Of a stretch of DNA of 64,000 bases, positions 35,568-64,000 are shown one piece after another. Each line of letters opens with the position of its first letter. The stretch's first letter is position 1. The notes below the pieces were generated by a model that was given only the letters and a program-made list of their open reading frames with translations, was not told the origin of the DNA and searched no databases. Source of the DNA: Camelus dromedarius (lineage: Eukaryota); assembly GCF_036321535.1 (NCBI RefSeq), contig NC_087437.1, positions 118,856,001-118,920,000 on the forward strand. Reading direction: 5' to 3'. Position numbers and translations under genes: made by a program.

Positions 35568-38500
35568 GTCATTTTTCCCAGACATTTCTCTGACACGTTC
35601 TTTATTTGGGTGAGGAAGTTGTAAATGACAGCAGGTGGGAGCCAGGGGAGCGGTCGATGGGCGCTGAGGCTGCCCTCCATGCTGGGTCAGGTCAGAAAGA
35701 ACAGTTGAGCAAAGGAATGTGCTCAGTTATGTACAAGAGGCTGAAGGGAAATGGGGAACAAAGTTAAGAAATGGAGCAGAATGGGGAGCAATGGGCAGTC
35801 GCCGTTTATAATGTGTGCTGCTCAGGTGTGCAGTCTGCTTCATCACCGGGCACCTGGCACAGGGCTGAAAGGTCCAAGCCCGAGTCCAGAGGGGTCGCTG
35901 CCCCCCCAGTGGGGTTTTGCAGGAGGTGCAGGGCCAGCAGGCAGGGAGGGCAGAATATTCAGCATGAGCTGCCCAAACAGCACGGTGGGGTCCTGACTGC
36001 CCCCCTGGACTGAGCAGAGCTGGGGACACTCACAGGCACCCGGTCAGAGAGGGAGTGACTGCCTGGATATCTGTCCACTCCCAGGCCAAGCTGGACAACC
36101 ATCCAGCCCCCGCCCACCCTCCATCCCAGGTCCCTCTGACACTCAGGGCTCAGTGATCTCAGGGCTTTGGGACGCTGTGGAATTTATGCACAAGAGAGGG
36201 CGCTCAGGCTACTCGGCGCCCCCTCGTGTCTGGCCTGAGTAACTGCTCCAGTACCAGGCATCCTGGCCACCAAGGGCAGCATCTGCCTAGACCCGAACCA
36301 GCCAGAGGGTCAGTGTTGCCAAGGGTTCTTTGCTGTTGTTTCAGTTTTCCCAGCGAGTCCTCCACAGGATGGAGGGAGAAAGCCGACAGTATGTGCTTCA
36401 GAGATCGGGAATTTCCCCAGGGAACAAGTCTGCGGGGAGCTCAGAAGGTGCTGACAGTTGCTTTCCTTTTAGCCACAAGAAGCAGGGGTCTCGGTGCCCC
36501 CCAGGCCTGTCTGACCAGCCATCGATAGGGGGAAAGTACACTGTCCCTCCTCCCAAGGAGGGACAGGGAGAGACAGCCCTGGAGTCCACTCAGTGTGACC
36601 CCTCACTCAGTGGGGGTGGGGCTCAGACAAGCTGTGAACTGCCCCTCCCCCATCGCCCATCCCCATCTCCACCCATGAGGGGCAGCTCCGGGATCAGAAC
36701 CTGCATCTCCAGACCCTGCTGCCTGCTCCACAGCACTGGCTCGAAGGTCCATCAACCTGTGCAGAGTAGACTAGATTAGCACAGATGCCCACTCACAGGA
36801 CATCCAGGCAAGCCTGGGGCTCAGTTCACCTCATAGGACAGAGCTGAGTTTGGAGCAGAGCAAGGAGAGGGGCCAGATAACACTGGACTGACCAATGCAG
36901 GGCCTGACATCAGCAGGTGCTCAGTAAATGTTCTGGGATGGAGTGGGCATGGGTTATGCTGGGCACTTGTCCAGATGACTTTCTGGGTTCGTGACTATCT
37001 TCTAAGATGCTATGGAGCACCTGCCTTTATTATTTTCCTCTTCGAGCAAAAAGCAAAAACAAAAGCAACCGGACAGCCAGGGTGAATTTCCTCCATCAGT
37101 TTCTGTTTGGGGGGAAAGGAATCCAGTCCAAGTGGCCGGTTGGCCACCAGGGAGCTGTAATGCAGCAGAAGGGGCAACGGCTTTGGCTTTCCGTGGTTCA
37201 GTGGGTCCAAATGGATCAGTGGATTCTCAGGGGATTGTAAGAACAGGGCCTTTAATCATAGCAAAGCAATGGCTCAAACACCAAAATTCATGGGGTTAAT
37301 TTATTTTAAATGAGGTAGCTGGTACGCAGTGAATTTTGTAAATGTTTCTTTGGGAGCCACATAAATTGTAGCCCTTTTGTTAAAACACCGGTTGAACCCG
37401 GGGGAGAGCTCTGGCTGGTGTCACCTCATGCGTCACCGTCTCTGGGTCCAAAGCCGAAAGTGCCGTGGCCATGGGATTTGACTCCAAGCTGGGGTGTGTG
37501 CGGCTCCTTTACAAAGTCAGGTTCAGGGGTAAAGCCTCGGTCAGAAGGGAAAACGTCTCTGAAATCGGGATCGGGTCAGGGAAACCATAGGAGAGCAAGA
37601 AGGAAAGAGCTGGGAACAGACCAGGGACCTGAGTTGAAGGCAGCGTGCCCTCCCTCCCCGTAAAGCTCAGGGAGAAGCGGATCAAGGGGGATTCGTTTTC
37701 TGCTCTGGACTCACCACCTGCTGCAGCTGCGAGGAGCAAGGAAATGAGCAGCCCAGATCCCACGCTTTTATTAAGACCCGTCTTTCCACTTTAATCAGTA
37801 TTGGGGTTCATTTGTATCAAGCAAATTAACTTATGTCTCTATTAAATGTTTAAATACAAAAATGTCAGTATTTCCTAGTCTCAGCATCCTGGCTGATCTT
37901 TTAAGGGAAACCAACCTCCTCCCAAAGTAAAGCCATTCACAAGGGGGCTCCGGAGTGACATGCATCATGGAAACTCGGAAGGGCCAGCGCCTTGCCCACG
38001 TGGACAATTTTAGGTGAACGGTCGGTCTTCCTTATTCCCGGATCCCTTACTGGTGGATTCACCTACTCGCCACAATTTGCTTGTTACCCCACAGCATTAC
38101 TAGCAGCGCTTCTGTGGATGCGGGCAGAGGGGAAAGAAACTGGGCTGCCCACTGAGGTGGCACAGGGGGACCTGCCTGTCGCTTCCACTCAGACTGCTCA
38201 CAGGGACCCTTTCCACAGCCCGTGTAGTGCCGCGTTTTCTTCGCTTTTGCACTCTTCGCTGCCGATTTCCCTGTCAAAGCGGCCCCACGCACAGCGGGAG
38301 GAGCTGTCTAGGGGCGAGGGCAGGAAGGCTGGGCCGCGCCCCCTGGGGAAGCCACGTGGTTAGATGAGCGTCCCTCAGGAGTGAGCCCAGGGCTGCCGGC
38401 TGTGAGCTCAGTGTCAGTGAACCAACGACACACACCAGCGAGGTGTCTTTAAACGAACACACACTGAACAGGGTTGTATACCGATCGGTGACAAAGACCG

Positions 38501-39272
38501 GAGGCTGGCAGCCACCTGACCCTGTTTGTCCCTGAGCAGCATGGATTCAGGTTTCACCGACTGAATGCTCGCGAGGACTCTGTACAACGTAATTACCTCA
38601 AATAACAGAATCAGCTGCATTTAAGAATATTGCCTGACAAACGTGTGCTTTCTTTACCTTTTCCTCATAGCTTGTCTCATAACTTTAACCCAACTTGACC
38701 TAATGAAGACAGTCAGCAGTCATTGTTCTCTGATCACCTGCTGTGTGCTGGGAACTCCTGGATCTGGGGAACTGGGAGAGTAAGAATGGGCTTCTGTCTG
38801 AGGCAGGGAACACTCACCCCGTCTCTCTCTCTCACTCGTGTCACACCCTCCAGGGCCGGGGACACTCGCTATTGACGAAGCAGCTAATACACGAGCTCAC
38901 AGGGGTTTGAGGAAGACAGCTCCTGGGACGAGATGCTGGACTCCAGCTTGGGCAGGCTGGGTCTGAGGGCGCGTGGGACACTGGGCAGAGAGCTCGAGAA
39001 GAGTTTGGTCTCAGGGTCTGAATCTGGGAGAAGAGGGAGGCACAGGCGATGGCCATTCAGGAGCTGTCCTCAAGTCAGCTCGGACAGGACAGGCCGTGGG
39101 AACAGGGGGGACACCCAGAAGACCGGGGTCGCTGGCCCCACCTCGCCTCAACCCTGCCCCCACCACGCAGCAGCTGCCCCAAGGTCACGGCCCGGTGAGT
39201 ACAAGCAGGCTGTTTCTGCTCGCCACGAAGATCACTCAAGGCTTGACACTTGTTTGGAAAAAAAAAGCATAA

Positions 39273-39278
39273 TTTATT
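39273..39278 (-). terminator. TMPRSS2: TMPRSS2 polyadenylation signal (3' UTR ~39250-40719)
   Basis: AATAAA in context CAAATAAATTATGCTTTTTTTTT, resembling the recalled human TMPRSS2 mRNA 3' end. Confidence 0.8.
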
Positions 39279-40719
39279 TGTACAATCGTCCACCATTGAA
39301 TTTTATAGTTTAAAAAAGATACAAAACGGAAGGCAAACACACGTCATATAAATCACAGGAGGCACTAAAGAAGAAACGCGCCCCCACCGCGACGCCCGGG
39401 GAGCAGGCCTGCGTGCACCGCCGCTGCGGGGTGGGAGCCTCCTGCGCGTGGGCTGCACAGCCTTCCTTTCCGAGGCTGAGACCCAGCACAGCATCGCTCT
39501 TTTGCTCTTGGAAACCAGCGTGCCTGAGAGGAGGCAGGACCTTGGGAGAGTGGCACTCATTGCCCCTGAGTTTTTGAGTCACACCTGGCAACTCAAGGTG
39601 GCCCTTTCCCTCCAGGGGAAACCTCAGGGGCCGGAAGAGGCCACAGGAGTCCAACATCCACCTCTCGTCTTTGTCACAAGCATGGGGGCTGCGCCGCAGC
39701 ACATCGCTTACAACACATTAAATCAGGAGCCACTTCGTAAAAGCAGCACAAGCCGGCCACAGCTCTCCGGGGCTTCAAAGAGCCCAGTGTAGGGACTCAG
39801 AGGATCACGGCGGAGATGCCATGAGCGCTGAGGTAGTAACGTGTGGAAAATTTACAGGAAATAGTGTATCTTTAATCACACGTCCCTGATTTCCCTTGAT
39901 GACCTCAATTTCCAGGTGATTATCAGGCCTTAAGAGGATCAACAGGCACCCCACCCGGACCCCCGTGAGGACCAGGGGGTGAGGGGGTCACAATCTCCAG
40001 GGGGGCTGGGGAGAGGACAGGGAGGAGCAGGGAGTAAGGCTGGTCCCCTGCCCTTGCAGCGCTTAGCGGGTGGGGGGCACATCTGCAATGACATCCCATG
40101 CTCCGGGCACTCCGTCCGCACCCTCACCCCTCCAAGGAAGGAGAAAGTTTTCTGTGCCCTGACAAGTGGCTCTCAAGTCATCCCCCATGAAGGGCTCGTC
40201 CCTTTATCTTGGGCCACCCTCAGGGGCTGCTGAGAAGGCACAAACACTGATCATCAAAATTCCTTCTGGGGCGACAGGCCCTGGGGGACACCCCAGGGGG
40301 CCCTCACTGGCCGCGGTCCCAGAGGGCAGGCGACCCCAGCACCTGGGGCTTTCTCCGTTCCAGCTCACGCTGTCCAGCAGCTGAGAAGTCACCAGCCCCA
40401 TGTGCCTGCAAGGGTGGCCCCTCAAATGAGGTCAGAAAGGAGGTCCCAGGGGGCAGACCCCACCCCTCTGTTCTGCACTGGTCCTGCGTGTCCACACCCA
40501 GCTGGGCCTCCCCTTTCGGATGGGGGTCCGGGAGCGGGCCCCTGGGGAAGAGCCACGTGGCCTGCACAGAACTGCGGAGAATGCCATCGACAGAGAAGTT
40601 TGCTGTTTAATCAAAATGAAAGGACCTGGGACTCATTTCTACAAAGCCATGATGCACGAGGTGAAGGCCTGCCCCTTCACTCCCTTGGGGAGCGGTGCCA
40701 GTGCCCAAGGCCGGACGGG

Positions 40720-63672
<22,953 letters not shown>

Positions 63673-63687
<15 letters not shown>

Positions 63688-63743
63688 CCTGACTTTATCA
63701 GCAGCATCAGGGAAAGGCAGGTATTTGGAACGTTCAAGGTGAC
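63673..63743 (-). CDS. TMPRSS2: TMPRSS2 exon 2 (5' UTR plus MALNS; ATG at 63687)
   Basis: ttctag|GTCACCTTGAAC...AGG ATG GCT CTA AAC TCA|gtaag; 71 nt. Confidence 0.93.
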
Positions 63744-64000
63744 CTAGAAGATGGAAGGGCAAGACTATTACTTCCATGCCGGCGAGTGTGCGGAAGATGA
63801 ATCAGGAAAGGACTGGACGTCTGGGCGAGGGTCACCTCTCTCCAGAACCACGGCGGCCTTGTGCGGTCACCTTAACCTTCACCTCACCACCTCTTCCTGC
63901 CGCAGCTGCTCCGCCTGAAAAAGACGGGGACCCAGTTGCTTGGTCCTTAAGTCAAGAGCCTGCTGCACTGAGCCGGCCTCACCGGGAAGCCCAGACTTCC

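Overview
Mammalian genomic DNA, most likely camelid, judged from repeated tRNA-derived SINEs resembling Vic-1. It holds two complete, convergent, intron-containing genes. MX1 (+ strand) is the interferon-induced dynamin-like GTPase: 13 coding exons at 8223-35189 giving 661 aa, with a tandem-ISRE promoter at ~4500-4600. TMPRSS2 (- strand) is the type II transmembrane serine protease: 13 coding exons at 63687-40720 giving 492 aa; its non-coding exon 1 lies outside the window. The two poly(A) signals are ~3.7 kb apart. Every coding exon has GT-AG boundaries and phases that join into an uninterrupted ORF. The rest is intron and intergenic DNA full of L1, L2, MIR, LTR (ERV1, MER21, MLT1), hAT and SINE remnants, and nearly all ORFs in the supplied track are spurious. 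I found no new biological system. The best second-look items are an upstream ISRE/GC-box cluster, a solo LTR beside the MX1 promoter, the MX1 L4 loop sequence, TMPRSS2 residues relevant to coronavirus binding, and sharp exon-to-exon GC3 contrasts. Repeat family names and human comparisons come from recalled sequences, not from a search.
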